From a virus (Duplodnaviria > Heunggongvirae > Uroviricota > Caudoviricetes), in the IMG/VR virus record IMGVR_UViG_3300021399_004731: a DNA stretch of 64,000 nt. One strand, 5' to 3'. Below, one piece after another: positions 1 to 8,992 of this stretch. The translations under genes and the position numbers were made by a program. Within the stretch, counting starts at the first letter, position 1, and each line of letters opens with the position of its first letter. Below the pieces are notes generated by a model. That model ran no database searches. It saw nothing but the letters and a program-made list of their open reading frames with translations, and was not told where the DNA came from.

Positions 1-459
1 CCAGATTCTCTTCAGCTCGTTACCAATATGCGTAATTGGCGTGCCGATGATAATGAACTGCAGCATCATCTGAAGCCAGCCTAATCCTGCATTGTTCATG
101 GTCTGACCAGTAGAAAGACCAAGAGATACTCCAAGAGTATTTGCATCAATGCCATTCAGCTTGGAGACAACAAAATAGAGCCCGACAAGCGTAATGGAAT
201 AAATGAACAGGTTCCTCTTGAGAGCTACCATGCAGGCATCCCTGCCAGCAGGTGCAAGATACCAGGCTGTCAATGAAGCTGCAATACTGGCAATAACAAG
301 ATAGGCAACAATCCTTCCAAGATAGGAATAAAGATTGATAGCCCAGCAAATCAGGAAAAAGCTAAGAAGATAGAATCCTCCAGTTTTCAGGAGAGCACCG
401 AGCTTAACCATCCCCGTGCCAGCTTTCAGCCTTGGAGCATCATAATCATAGTTCTGCAT
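1..459 (-). CDS. Multi-pass membrane protein, partial (runs off the left edge)
   Basis: Not in ORF track. Hand translation from ATG at 459 (RBS AGGAGG upstream) gives MQNYDYDAPRLKAGTGMVKLGALLKTGGFYLLSFFLICWAINLYSYLGRIVAYLVIASIAASLTAWYL..., open to position 1, with several hydrophobic stretches. Confidence 0.7.
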   Translation of the reverse strand, partial: MQNYDYDAPRLKAGTGMVKLGALLKTGGFYLLSFFLICWAINLYSYLGRIVAYLVIASIAASLTAWYLAPAGRDACMVALKRNLFIYSITLVGLYFVVSKLNGIDANTLGVSLGLSTGQTMNNAGLGWLQMMLQFIIIGTPITHIGNELKRIW

Positions 460-482
460 AAGAATTCCTCACCTCCTGACAA

Positions 483-662
483 TTAAACCAGCTTTCTTTC
501 ATCATCAACGCCCTTCACATCAACAACATGAGCATATTCAATACCTGCCGCAATGATGAGAAGCACGAGAATAATCATCTGTACAGCATACATCTGACAG
601 TAGAAGAAGAACGATATGAATCCATTGCCAAGCACCGTTGTCAATGTATTGAACAGTTCCAT
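483..662 (-). CDS. Small 59-aa membrane protein
   Basis: Hand translation MELFNTLTTVLGNGFISFFFYCQMYAVQMIILVLLIIAAGIEYAHVVDVKGVDDERKLV. AGGAGGTG RBS at 671-678; promoter-like motif at 757-770. Confidence 0.6.
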   Translation of the reverse strand: MELFNTLTTVLGNGFISFFFYCQMYAVQMIILVLLIIAAGIEYAHVVDVKGVDDERKLV

Positions 663-790
663 AGAATAAACACCTCCTGCGATGGAATGCTGATTTTTCT
701 TATTGGATGTCCACGCACCTGCTAAGATGCACAGGCATCATTTTCAGTCGTTCTAATATAATTAATCATATTAATGCTTCATATATTTAC

Positions 791-816
791 AAAAAAAGAG
801 CAGATGGAATATCTGC
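791..816 (-). terminator. Intrinsic terminator downstream of 1046..2740
   Basis: GCAGAT-ggaat-ATCTGC hairpin followed on the minus strand by a T-run (A7 at 791-797 on +). Confidence 0.55.
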
Positions 817-820
817 CCTA

Positions 821-1072
821 TATCTGTCATCAGCATCAATTGAATGCATCAACTATCCTATTATCGTCACTGAATGTGTGATGGCTTTGGCATCACACAC
901 TGCGTCCTATCAGATAACAATCCTATTATCATCAGTACCAATTGCATGCGTCTATCTAAATAGATATCCTATTGTCATCAGCATCAATTGAATGCGTCCT
1001 ATTAGATAACAATCCTATTGTCGTCAGCACACGTAGAACAGTTCGTTATATCACTATTCGGTTATCGTCACT
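821..1072. repeat. Iteron-like direct repeat cluster TCCTATTRTCRTCA x4, with longer duplicated blocks
   Basis: 14-mers at 856-869, 921-934, 967-980 and 1013-1026. GTCATCAGCATCAATTGAATGC at 826-847 and 974-995. GCGTCCTATYAGATAACAATCCTATTRTCRTCAG at 902-935 and 994-1027. Confidence 0.8.
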
Positions 1073-2740
1073 AAAGTATTTCCTATTAATTAAATCCTGC
1101 AGCGTCCCCACATAAACCACCAGCTTAAGGCCACTGCTGGCATATCTTGCTCTTGCCTTGAACACCTGGTCCCTGAGCTTGTCCACATTGTCCTTCTTGT
1201 CCGTTACGACATAGACAGTGCTTGTGACCTTGGCCGCTTTTGCCAGCTTGTCTGCCATATCCTCATCATGATGATGAGCCAGCTCAATTTCCCAGTATGT
1301 CTTGGCATTGTTGACATCGACAGCCGTCACGTCTGGCACGTACATCAGGCCGTTGCCAAGTGACACACCATTTGCCTTGGAATTCATGGAGATGGATGTG
1401 TAGCCCAGGCTCTTGAGCGTGGTGGCTGTATCCTTGATATGATAGCCGTGTCTGAGCGTTGCATGCATCTGCTTGATTTTTTCAGGCTCCGACATAGGAG
1501 CTACATTGCCAGTCAGCTGATAGAAGACGGCATGTCCTAATTCTGAAAGTGTAAAGAGCGAGAAGTTAGGACGCTTTGATGTGCTCATCTTCGTGCTCCT
1601 GATGATATGCATATCAATGAGCTTCTTAATCATGCTTCTCAGGTCTGTCTGATTCGTCACGCATGGATTATCCATCTTTGAAATATAGCCAAAGATATCA
1701 TCTGTCTCAGCCTTTCCTGATGTGCCGATGGCAATGAGCAGCTGTTCCTGATTGGATGTCATGGACTTAATAGTCTCTGCTACGTCATAAGGATGGCCAT
1801 CAATATAAGCCATATCAGATTTTGCATATTTACGGGCATCCTTGACTGTTGGAATATCACTGTCATTGTCAGATGACTGAGCCTGAGGTGACAGGAATGC
1901 CTGATTGCCTGGACGCTGCTGATTGCTGTTTGCCTGGCCGTTTGCCTTGCCACCGCCAGGCCTGTACTGCTGCTTGTTTCCATGCTGCCTGTACTGACCA
2001 TTCTGCTGACGCTGATTATTCTGATTGTGCTGATTGCTCTGATTGCCCTGACGATTGTTACGGTTGCTGTTGTATTCCTTTTTCGTCATGACAGTCATCT
2101 TCTCATTATCATAGCCCTCAAGCCTGTAGCTGTTCTGCTCCTCATTGCGCATGAGGGATGATGGCCTGGCAGGCTGTGGCGTCTGCACTGGAGCAGGCTC
2201 AGCAGGCTCCTGAGGCGGCAAGTCTGAAAAATTCATATTGTCAGGAATGTCGAATTCTGCATCTGATGTGCTGCTGTCATCTGGCGCGTTGAATGCATTG
2301 CCGCCAAACGATGAGGACGGCATCGTCCCCATGCCTGCCGCACTGAGTGCCTGATTCTGTCTGAGCATCTGTATCTCGTGCTCAAGCTCCTCGTTTTTCT
2401 TCTTTTCAGCAATATACTGGCGTGAGATGCTGTCCCTGTCATTCTTTGTCGTAATCAGCTCATTCTGCATGTCCACGATTGCATCAAGGAATCCCTGCAC
2501 CTGTCTGTTGACATCATCGATGATGAAGTCTCTCATTTCCCTGTCACTCATGCCAAGGACGTTGCCGTGCGCTCCGAGCTGTCCCTTGGAATAGGACTCC
2601 GAACACACTGTCTTGGCGATATCCTTCATGTAGCCACGAGCCTTCTTGAGGTCATCCTTGGCCTTGGACAGCTCCTGCTTGACGTTGGCTGACTGTTCAT
2701 AATTCTGCTTGTTAATGACGCCGTTAAAGTTTAAAGCCAT
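1046..2740 (-). CDS. Coiled-coil + Q/N-rich linker + C-terminal wHTH/PD-(D/E)xK-like domain resembling the replication-relaxation family
   Basis: 564 aa. C-terminal ...FTLSELG...YVPDVTAV...YWEIEL... pattern is reminiscent of Replic_Relax proteins. Central NQ-rich low-complexity region. Confidence 0.45.
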   Translation of the reverse strand: MALNFNGVINKQNYEQSANVKQELSKAKDDLKKARGYMKDIAKTVCSESYSKGQLGAHGNVLGMSDREMRDFIIDDVNRQVQGFLDAIVDMQNELITTKNDRDSISRQYIAEKKKNEELEHEIQMLRQNQALSAAGMGTMPSSSFGGNAFNAPDDSSTSDAEFDIPDNMNFSDLPPQEPAEPAPVQTPQPARPSSLMRNEEQNSYRLEGYDNEKMTVMTKKEYNSNRNNRQGNQSNQHNQNNQRQQNGQYRQHGNKQQYRPGGGKANGQANSNQQRPGNQAFLSPQAQSSDNDSDIPTVKDARKYAKSDMAYIDGHPYDVAETIKSMTSNQEQLLIAIGTSGKAETDDIFGYISKMDNPCVTNQTDLRSMIKKLIDMHIIRSTKMSTSKRPNFSLFTLSELGHAVFYQLTGNVAPMSEPEKIKQMHATLRHGYHIKDTATTLKSLGYTSISMNSKANGVSLGNGLMYVPDVTAVDVNNAKTYWEIELAHHHDEDMADKLAKAAKVTSTVYVVTDKKDNVDKLRDQVFKARARYASSGLKLVVYVGTLQDLINRKYFSDDNRIVI

Positions 2741-2751
2741 GGTATCACCTC

Positions 2752-4332
2752 CTACATTCCCATGCCTGCGGCCATATTGCCACCCATTGCATCATTGACG
2801 GCTGTGTTGTTTGTATTTGTCATGTCCAGGGCACTCTGCGTATTGGATGCTACCGCATCGCTGGCAGCCTGTGCCTGTTCGCCAAATGATGGCGTACGGC
2901 TGTTGCTGTTTGCATTGCTGTTGCTTGCATTGTTATTGGCATTATTGCTCTTCTTGCTGTTTCCATTTCCAGAAGAGCCTCCTGAAGAGGAGGCTGAGGA
3001 ATTATAGGAACTGTAAGGACTGGTAATCTGTTCGCCTGTCTTCTGGACATTTGAAGTGGCCTGTGCTCCATTGGCATTGTCAGCATCCTCTCTGGAGTAG
3101 GCATTAATGTTAGGAATCTCCGTGACGGCTGATGAGCCAGTCGTACCAGATGCATTGCCACTGCCATTAGACTGACTGCCACTGGAATTTGCACTGTTGT
3201 TGCTGCCAGAGCCTGAATTGCTGCTGCCTGAGCCGTCAGTCGTTGTACGTGCTCCTGATGCCGTTGAATCATCATTGGCAGTAGAGCCTGTATCAGAGCC
3301 TGTTGTCAGTCCGCTTGTATCAGCAGAGCCGTCAATGTTTCTATGAATCAGCGAATTAATCTGCACACGAAGCGTATGGATGTCAGCGAGAGCATTAGTG
3401 AAGTCGCTGTATCCTGATTCCGCAAATGCCATGTAGTCACTATGCGTATAGTTGTCCAGCAGATTCTGCAGATATTCCTGCGTCAGAATGCTGAGATTCA
3501 GCAGCTTGCTGTGATAGGCATTCAGCGTCTTAGGCACGTTCGTATATCGGCTGAGCTTGTCCGTCTTGCTTTTAAGCGTATCCTTTTCATCCTGAATCTT
3601 ATTGGATATGGAAATGTAGTCATTAGGAAGAGCCTGTGCCTGTTCTGGAAGCTCATCTGCCAACTTCATCAGGTAGTCATAGACATCATCACTCCTGTTG
3701 ATATATTCCCTTTCATAGTGCACGTCAAGAGGGACGATATAGGCATGTCCATTCCTGAAGTCCGTATTGAATACGCCAAGCCCAATGATGATGGCCGCAA
3801 AGGCTGTTACGCCGATGGCTATCAGCTTTTTAACAGGCATCCTGTACATGCCGTAAGGCTCATCATCATCCTCATCATGTTCCAGTTCTGCACCTGGCTC
3901 ATGCAGGTAGTCCCTGCCAAGCATGTCAGATGTATCATAGACTGGCTGCTCGTCATCATCATCTTCTTCATTCATCTCATCGTCAGGCTTTCTTTTCCTA
4001 AATCTGGAAAACAGCCCTTTCTTCTTCTTTTCTCCAAGCAGCTTTTCCTTTTCTTCCATGGAGTTTATCAGTCCTGTTGATTCCGTATCGCCGTCTACGA
4101 CATGGGCAACATCCTGATAGTATGCCTGACCTGAAGTCATGGCATCATGAGGGACAGGAGGCACTGACTGATGCACAGGCTGTGCAGGCTGTGGGCTTCC
4201 ATAGTACTGGGAAGGAGGAATCGGTGATTGCGTCTGTACAGGACTGGCATCAGTCATGTCCGTATAGTCATCATCCACGATTTCCCATGCGTCATCATCA
4301 TGCTTTTTCTTCTTTCCAAACATCTTCATCAC
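2752..4332 (-). CDS. Single-pass membrane protein with acidic N-terminus and S/G/N-rich C-terminal tail
   Basis: 526 aa. One TM segment (LIAIGVTAFAAIIIGLGVF), helical domain, long low-complexity tail. Confidence 0.8.
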   Translation of the reverse strand: MMKMFGKKKKHDDDAWEIVDDDYTDMTDASPVQTQSPIPPSQYYGSPQPAQPVHQSVPPVPHDAMTSGQAYYQDVAHVVDGDTESTGLINSMEEKEKLLGEKKKKGLFSRFRKRKPDDEMNEEDDDDEQPVYDTSDMLGRDYLHEPGAELEHDEDDDEPYGMYRMPVKKLIAIGVTAFAAIIIGLGVFNTDFRNGHAYIVPLDVHYEREYINRSDDVYDYLMKLADELPEQAQALPNDYISISNKIQDEKDTLKSKTDKLSRYTNVPKTLNAYHSKLLNLSILTQEYLQNLLDNYTHSDYMAFAESGYSDFTNALADIHTLRVQINSLIHRNIDGSADTSGLTTGSDTGSTANDDSTASGARTTTDGSGSSNSGSGSNNSANSSGSQSNGSGNASGTTGSSAVTEIPNINAYSREDADNANGAQATSNVQKTGEQITSPYSSYNSSASSSGGSSGNGNSKKSNNANNNASNSNANSNSRTPSFGEQAQAASDAVASNTQSALDMTNTNNTAVNDAMGGNMAAGMGM

Positions 4333-4390
4333 CTCCTCCTTCTGAAAAATTAAATAATCGAGATAACATGATTAGTCTCCGTTTTCTGTA

Positions 4391-5293
4391 TTAGATATCA
4401 ATTTCATAGTCTTCAGGATTGATGGATGCCTGTGCCTGGGCTTCCTCGTCATTTTGTACGTCACCCTGTGAATTTTCTGCATTCTCTGCAGTCTCTGTTT
4501 CGTCTTCTGGCCTGTAGATGCCAAGTTCCTTGTCCATCTCGATGAATTCATCCTTCTTCTTTTCCTGCAGGTACTTGACGGTACGTGTGATGATTTCCCT
4601 TGTTGAGCCAGTCGTTACGCCGATAGCCTCAAGACCGCATTCACTGCATGTGAATGGCAGGCTGATGCGGAAGCGTCTTTCCTGAATGCTGCCTTCCACA
4701 AGAATCCTGTCATTGGTATGCAGGTGCAGATTGGCATTGTCAGCTTCCTTGCCGATGGAGACAGCCCAAGGATAATCAGCCCTCTCAGGATTGTCATCAT
4801 CCTGATTGATGGCCATCTTGAACTTGATGACGTTATAGCGAGGGTCTTTTGTACTTTCCCTGTAGGTCAGGGCTGAAGCAATGTTGCCAAGCAGATAGCA
4901 TTTGTTGATGCCTGATGGCAGCATGGATGCGTCATCAACATCAAGCCCTTCTGGCTCGTCAAAGACATCAAATTCCTTGACGACAACAAAGAGCTCCTCT
5001 CCCCTTCTCTGCTCGACATGCACGGCATGGCAGACAGGGCAGATGACCTTATGTCTCTTCCTGATGGTCTTTGTTACGATTTCTGCATCAAGTGCAAGAA
5101 AGAACTTGCCCTCCTTGACTGTATCAAGTGCCTTTGCCTGAAGTTCCTGTTCCCCGATGCTGATGAGAATATCCTCTATCTTCTTGATGTCCTGTCTGAC
5201 AATCCTGATAGGAAACTGCAGATAGCTTCCATCATTGTTGAATTCTGGTTCACTGACGACAGTGCCGCCAATGACAACTCTATTGAAACTCAT
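4391..5293 (-). CDS. SSB-like protein with two tandem OB folds, each carrying a CxxC insertion
   Basis: Two SSB-type starts (MSFNRVVIGGTVVSEPE; GINKCYLLGNIA), RILVEGSIQER strand, CPVC and CSEC motifs, acidic C-terminus EDYEIDI. Confidence 0.7.
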   Translation of the reverse strand: MSFNRVVIGGTVVSEPEFNNDGSYLQFPIRIVRQDIKKIEDILISIGEQELQAKALDTVKEGKFFLALDAEIVTKTIRKRHKVICPVCHAVHVEQRRGEELFVVVKEFDVFDEPEGLDVDDASMLPSGINKCYLLGNIASALTYRESTKDPRYNVIKFKMAINQDDDNPERADYPWAVSIGKEADNANLHLHTNDRILVEGSIQERRFRISLPFTCSECGLEAIGVTTGSTREIITRTVKYLQEKKKDEFIEMDKELGIYRPEDETETAENAENSQGDVQNDEEAQAQASINPEDYEIDI

Positions 5294-5443
5294 ATGTTTC
5301 CTCCTTTCTGTTGCTGTGCCTCATGTGCACGCAATCTTTTTTGTTCTGTTTTTGTAAAATTTATAGAATAAAGAATATAGAAAAATCGTGATAATGGAAG
5401 CTCACGAAAATGGATTTCGTGAGTCTCTAAATGCTATCCGCCA

Positions 5444-5938
5444 TTAGTTGTTCAGGGTAGAGCTGTCTGACTGCATGGCTGATATCATTGTCTGATAGTT
5501 TCCATAAGCCTGAGTCAGGGCATTCTTGTCCCTGTTCCTGCATGCTACGACAATATCCTGCAGGACGCTCTTGAAGTTCTTGGCATCGGATAATGCCAGT
5601 TCCTTCTTCGTCTGCAGTACAGATGCGACATTCTGTCCATCTATATATTCAATATTCAGGCTCGTATCCGTGATGACGTTCTGCGTCTGCTCACTGAGAG
5701 CATCATACTGTGAAGCCGTAGGCGTGACCTGTGGCTGAATCATTTCCGTCAGCATCGCATCAAGAGATGATGTTGACTGCATGATTGTATTCAGGTATTT
5801 CGATATGGCAAGACCGCTGTCTGGCTGACTCATGCTGATGGATGATGTAACATCCTTTGAAGAAGCTACGCCATTGTATCCGCATCCGACAAGCAGCAGT
5901 GACATGCCAGCCATGACTGCTATGTGTGATAGTTTCAA
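5444..5938 (-). CDS. Lipoprotein
   Basis: Probable TTG start at 5938 after AGGAGGTG. Lipobox LLVG-C; helical body. Confidence 0.7.
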   Translation of the reverse strand: MKLSHIAVMAGMSLLLVGCGYNGVASSKDVTSSISMSQPDSGLAISKYLNTIMQSTSSLDAMLTEMIQPQVTPTASQYDALSEQTQNVITDTSLNIEYIDGQNVASVLQTKKELALSDAKNFKSVLQDIVVACRNRDKNALTQAYGNYQTMISAMQSDSSTLNN

Positions 5939-6139
5939 GATTATCACCTCCTGCGTTGGTTTTTTAGCATTCGCATTATATTAAATCATATTAATTTGCT
6001 TTTTGCCTGCATATGATTAAATAGAATATGCTGATTATGATTGCTGATTTTTTTGCCCTGATTTCCAGACAGTTAAAAAATGACAGCAACAAAAAAAACA
6101 ACAGCAAAAAAGACACAGACAGACACTGGAGGTGACGCT

Positions 6140-6505
6140 ATGACCAGTCACGATATTTACAGCATTACATTCAGGGACGGCCTCATTGAAGTGGATGAAG
6201 GAATCATGGACAGGCAGTCCTATATAGAAGACATCATCAGGATATGCCTGAAGCATCTCAGCCCTATTCTGAAAGATGTCCTGATTTCAAGGCTCAATCA
6301 GGCAGAAGAACAGCCTGCAAGATTCAGGGAAGAAGAAAAGGCACATCCTCATGAATATGACGTGCCAGATGCCAAACTGGTGCTCTCCGTACCAGAAACA
6401 GCTGAGGATGATGACGATATCATCATGCACGAGGAAGCCTCCACGCTCAGTGAGGTGCATTACTACCTGCTGGCACTCTTCCTCATCACAAAGCTAGATA
6501 TATAG
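6140..6505 (+). CDS. Hypothetical protein
   Basis: GGAGGTG RBS before ATG 6140 (in frame with track ORF 6080..6505). Promoter-like motif at 6012-6025; bidirectional terminator at about 6557-6592. Confidence 0.65.
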   Translation: MTSHDIYSITFRDGLIEVDEGIMDRQSYIEDIIRICLKHLSPILKDVLISRLNQAEEQPARFREEEKAHPHEYDVPDAKLVLSVPETAEDDDDIIMHEEASTLSEVHYYLLALFLITKLDI

Positions 6506-6790
6506 TTGCACTTTTTGTAGCAATAGATACAATCATGCATAAATAGTGCAATACAGCAAAAAAAGAGACTGCAATATAGTCTCTCTTTTTTTATATATCG
6601 TTTATTAGAATTTAAGGATACATCTTCTGACAGCTTCTAGTTTGTTGATTTCCATTTTGGTAAGCTGCGTCGATGCGTTAAATATTTATGGCATACTAGA
6701 ATTTAAGTATGCATCGACTGGTAGCGTCATACCATTCGTCAATTTCCTAAATATTAAGCTCTGACGGAGCATTTCAATAAATGAAGAGCA

Positions 6791-8314
6791 CTAAAACTTA
6801 AGAATGCTACGTCTAAAGGTATCTCTCAGCCCAATTCCAAAGCTTAGCGTGATGCCCATGGAAGCGTCAGGAATTCTGACTTCACTGAAAGGATTAATCT
6901 CTCCTGACTGCTGCTTGGCCATCCTGTTCAGCACCTTAAGAATCTTCTTTACAGGCATCATCTGAATATTGAAGTGAGCGGCGTAGCCCTTGCCTGGATG
7001 TGCTTCCTTCATTTCATACATATGGATGATGGAATAGCCCATCAGGCTCTCAAAGATGATGTCTGGCATCGTTGATGAGACATCCTTCCTGAAGCCCTCA
7101 TCCTCTTCATACTTCTTTCTGTAGATAGGCGTCAGCTTGGCAACCAGTGCCTCCCTGAACTTCAGGTAGTCACTGCCCCATAGTGAGCTTGGGTGGCGTG
7201 GCTGATAGTACTTGACACCGTTATAAGTGAAATAGCCAATATCCTCCTCAACTTCAGCAAATTCCTCTGGAGACAGCATCATGACCTCTCTCAGTTCCTC
7301 CATGGTATCCATGTCATGGATGGAAGAAGCGTTGAAGTCATCACAGAAGACTTTCTCCAGGCTATCAAATGTCACGATATCATCTTCCAGCAGCGTGAGT
7401 CTGCCCTCAGCAATCATGGCATCCACATTCTCTTTCTTATACTGCTTGACAAAAAGATGCACATGCGAGCGAGGCACTCTGTTCTTCCTTCTGAAGTATT
7501 CTATGTTCTTCATGACAAACTCATGTTCCATCTGCATGAAGTACTTCTCGCATTCATTCAGTCTGAATCTGATAAATGAGTTGAACTTGTAGTAAGGCAT
7601 GTTCGGATGCTTGTCAATGACAAACGTGATGATGATAGGCATCACCTTGAGTGTTGCATAAACGGTATTGGCAGACATGAGAGGATAAATGGTCTTTGTA
7701 GCTCTGCCGTTGACATGAGCACTGTTATAGACTTCAAGGGCATTGGAAAATCTCATCATGATGCGATTCCTCTTGTCGCCTGGCTTCTTGTACTTGATGA
7801 ACTCAGCGACCTTGCTCTCATCATTGCCTGAGCAGATGAAGGCTGATGATGCCTCATGTTCAATGCATCCCATGAATTGTGCTTTTGGGAATAATGCGTC
7901 ATCATTTTCCCTGATTTCCGTTGCCACCCTTCCTGCACCGTATGTTGCTCTTGTGCGTCTGTCAAGCAGGTAAAGAGCCTTTTCTATCTTGTCCCTGAGA
8001 CCGTCAGACACGATTTCCTCGCTCTTTCCGTTTCCCAGGTCCTTCATTATTGTGCATGGGGCATTGCTGCCATCGTACTTGCCATGCAGGTATTCAAGAG
8101 CCTTGATATCAAAACGAGATAGAGTAATTGCATCCATGTGATAAATCTGGTCAGGAGTCAGCTTCTTGCCTACTGATGCTGGCCATGCAGAAATCGTTAT
8201 AGCCTTCTGTCTGTCAAAAAATTCACCTGTGTATTCATGAAATTCATCTTCTGTTGATAATAATACGTCATAATAGACGTTGCTGCTAATCTGGTTTGCC
8301 ATATGCTTATCCAT
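6791..8314 (-). CDS. Hypothetical protein (~507 aa)
   Basis: Track ORF 6791..8440. Start placed at 8314 because it follows the GAAAGG + hairpin leader at 8316-8340. No family recognised. Confidence 0.75.
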   Translation of the reverse strand: MDKHMANQISSNVYYDVLLSTEDEFHEYTGEFFDRQKAITISAWPASVGKKLTPDQIYHMDAITLSRFDIKALEYLHGKYDGSNAPCTIMKDLGNGKSEEIVSDGLRDKIEKALYLLDRRTRATYGAGRVATEIRENDDALFPKAQFMGCIEHEASSAFICSGNDESKVAEFIKYKKPGDKRNRIMMRFSNALEVYNSAHVNGRATKTIYPLMSANTVYATLKVMPIIITFVIDKHPNMPYYKFNSFIRFRLNECEKYFMQMEHEFVMKNIEYFRRKNRVPRSHVHLFVKQYKKENVDAMIAEGRLTLLEDDIVTFDSLEKVFCDDFNASSIHDMDTMEELREVMMLSPEEFAEVEEDIGYFTYNGVKYYQPRHPSSLWGSDYLKFREALVAKLTPIYRKKYEEDEGFRKDVSSTMPDIIFESLMGYSIIHMYEMKEAHPGKGYAAHFNIQMMPVKKILKVLNRMAKQQSGEINPFSEVRIPDASMGITLSFGIGLRDTFRRSILKF

Positions 8315-8992
8315 CACACGCCCCATTGGCGTGCCCTTTCTTTTTTTATAGTTTTCTGTTCGTTTTTTACTTATTCTGTCTGTTGCTTGTACATGTGTTA
8401 CAATTATATGATATCTATCTGCATGCATATTATATGACAAATCATTACAATTGAAAAGTTAAAAATGAAATATTATGACATTGATATCATATGTTATTAA
8501 TGAATGGACGGCATATGAAGAAACTGCAGATATCAAGTCTCGTTATCATATGCTGCTTGTATGTATCCCATGACAGCACCACCTCCTTTCATCGCTATGC
8601 CCATGGTCATGAGATTTCAGGAATTCCTCTTTCTTATTACAAATATATTATATCATGATATGCAGATATTGCAAAAAAATAGGCATGTAAAATGTAGCTG
8701 ACAGCAACTTTTTTTATGATGGCAAGAAAATGCAAAAAAATACAAAAAATATGATTCAATATAGATAGACATAGCCAGTGTACACTATGTCCGTGCAGGA
8801 CTGCCCGACCCAGCAGCCCTGCTTTTTTTGCTGATATGTCAATTTCCTGCACAGATATTGATAAAAAACAAGCATATAATAATTTTTCTTACACACAGAA
8901 AAAGACCACAGGAATAGAATATTCCCGTGGTCTTTTTTTATGCAATATGGTAGCTGTATCCATCATTACTAGTTGTTAAACCGCTACGGATA

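Noticed and set aside
8538-8590. Strong RBS GAAAGGAGG at 8590-8582 (minus) suggesting a gene
   Set aside because: Followed only by a 12-codon ORF (MGYIQAAYDNET); cannot be supported as a gene.
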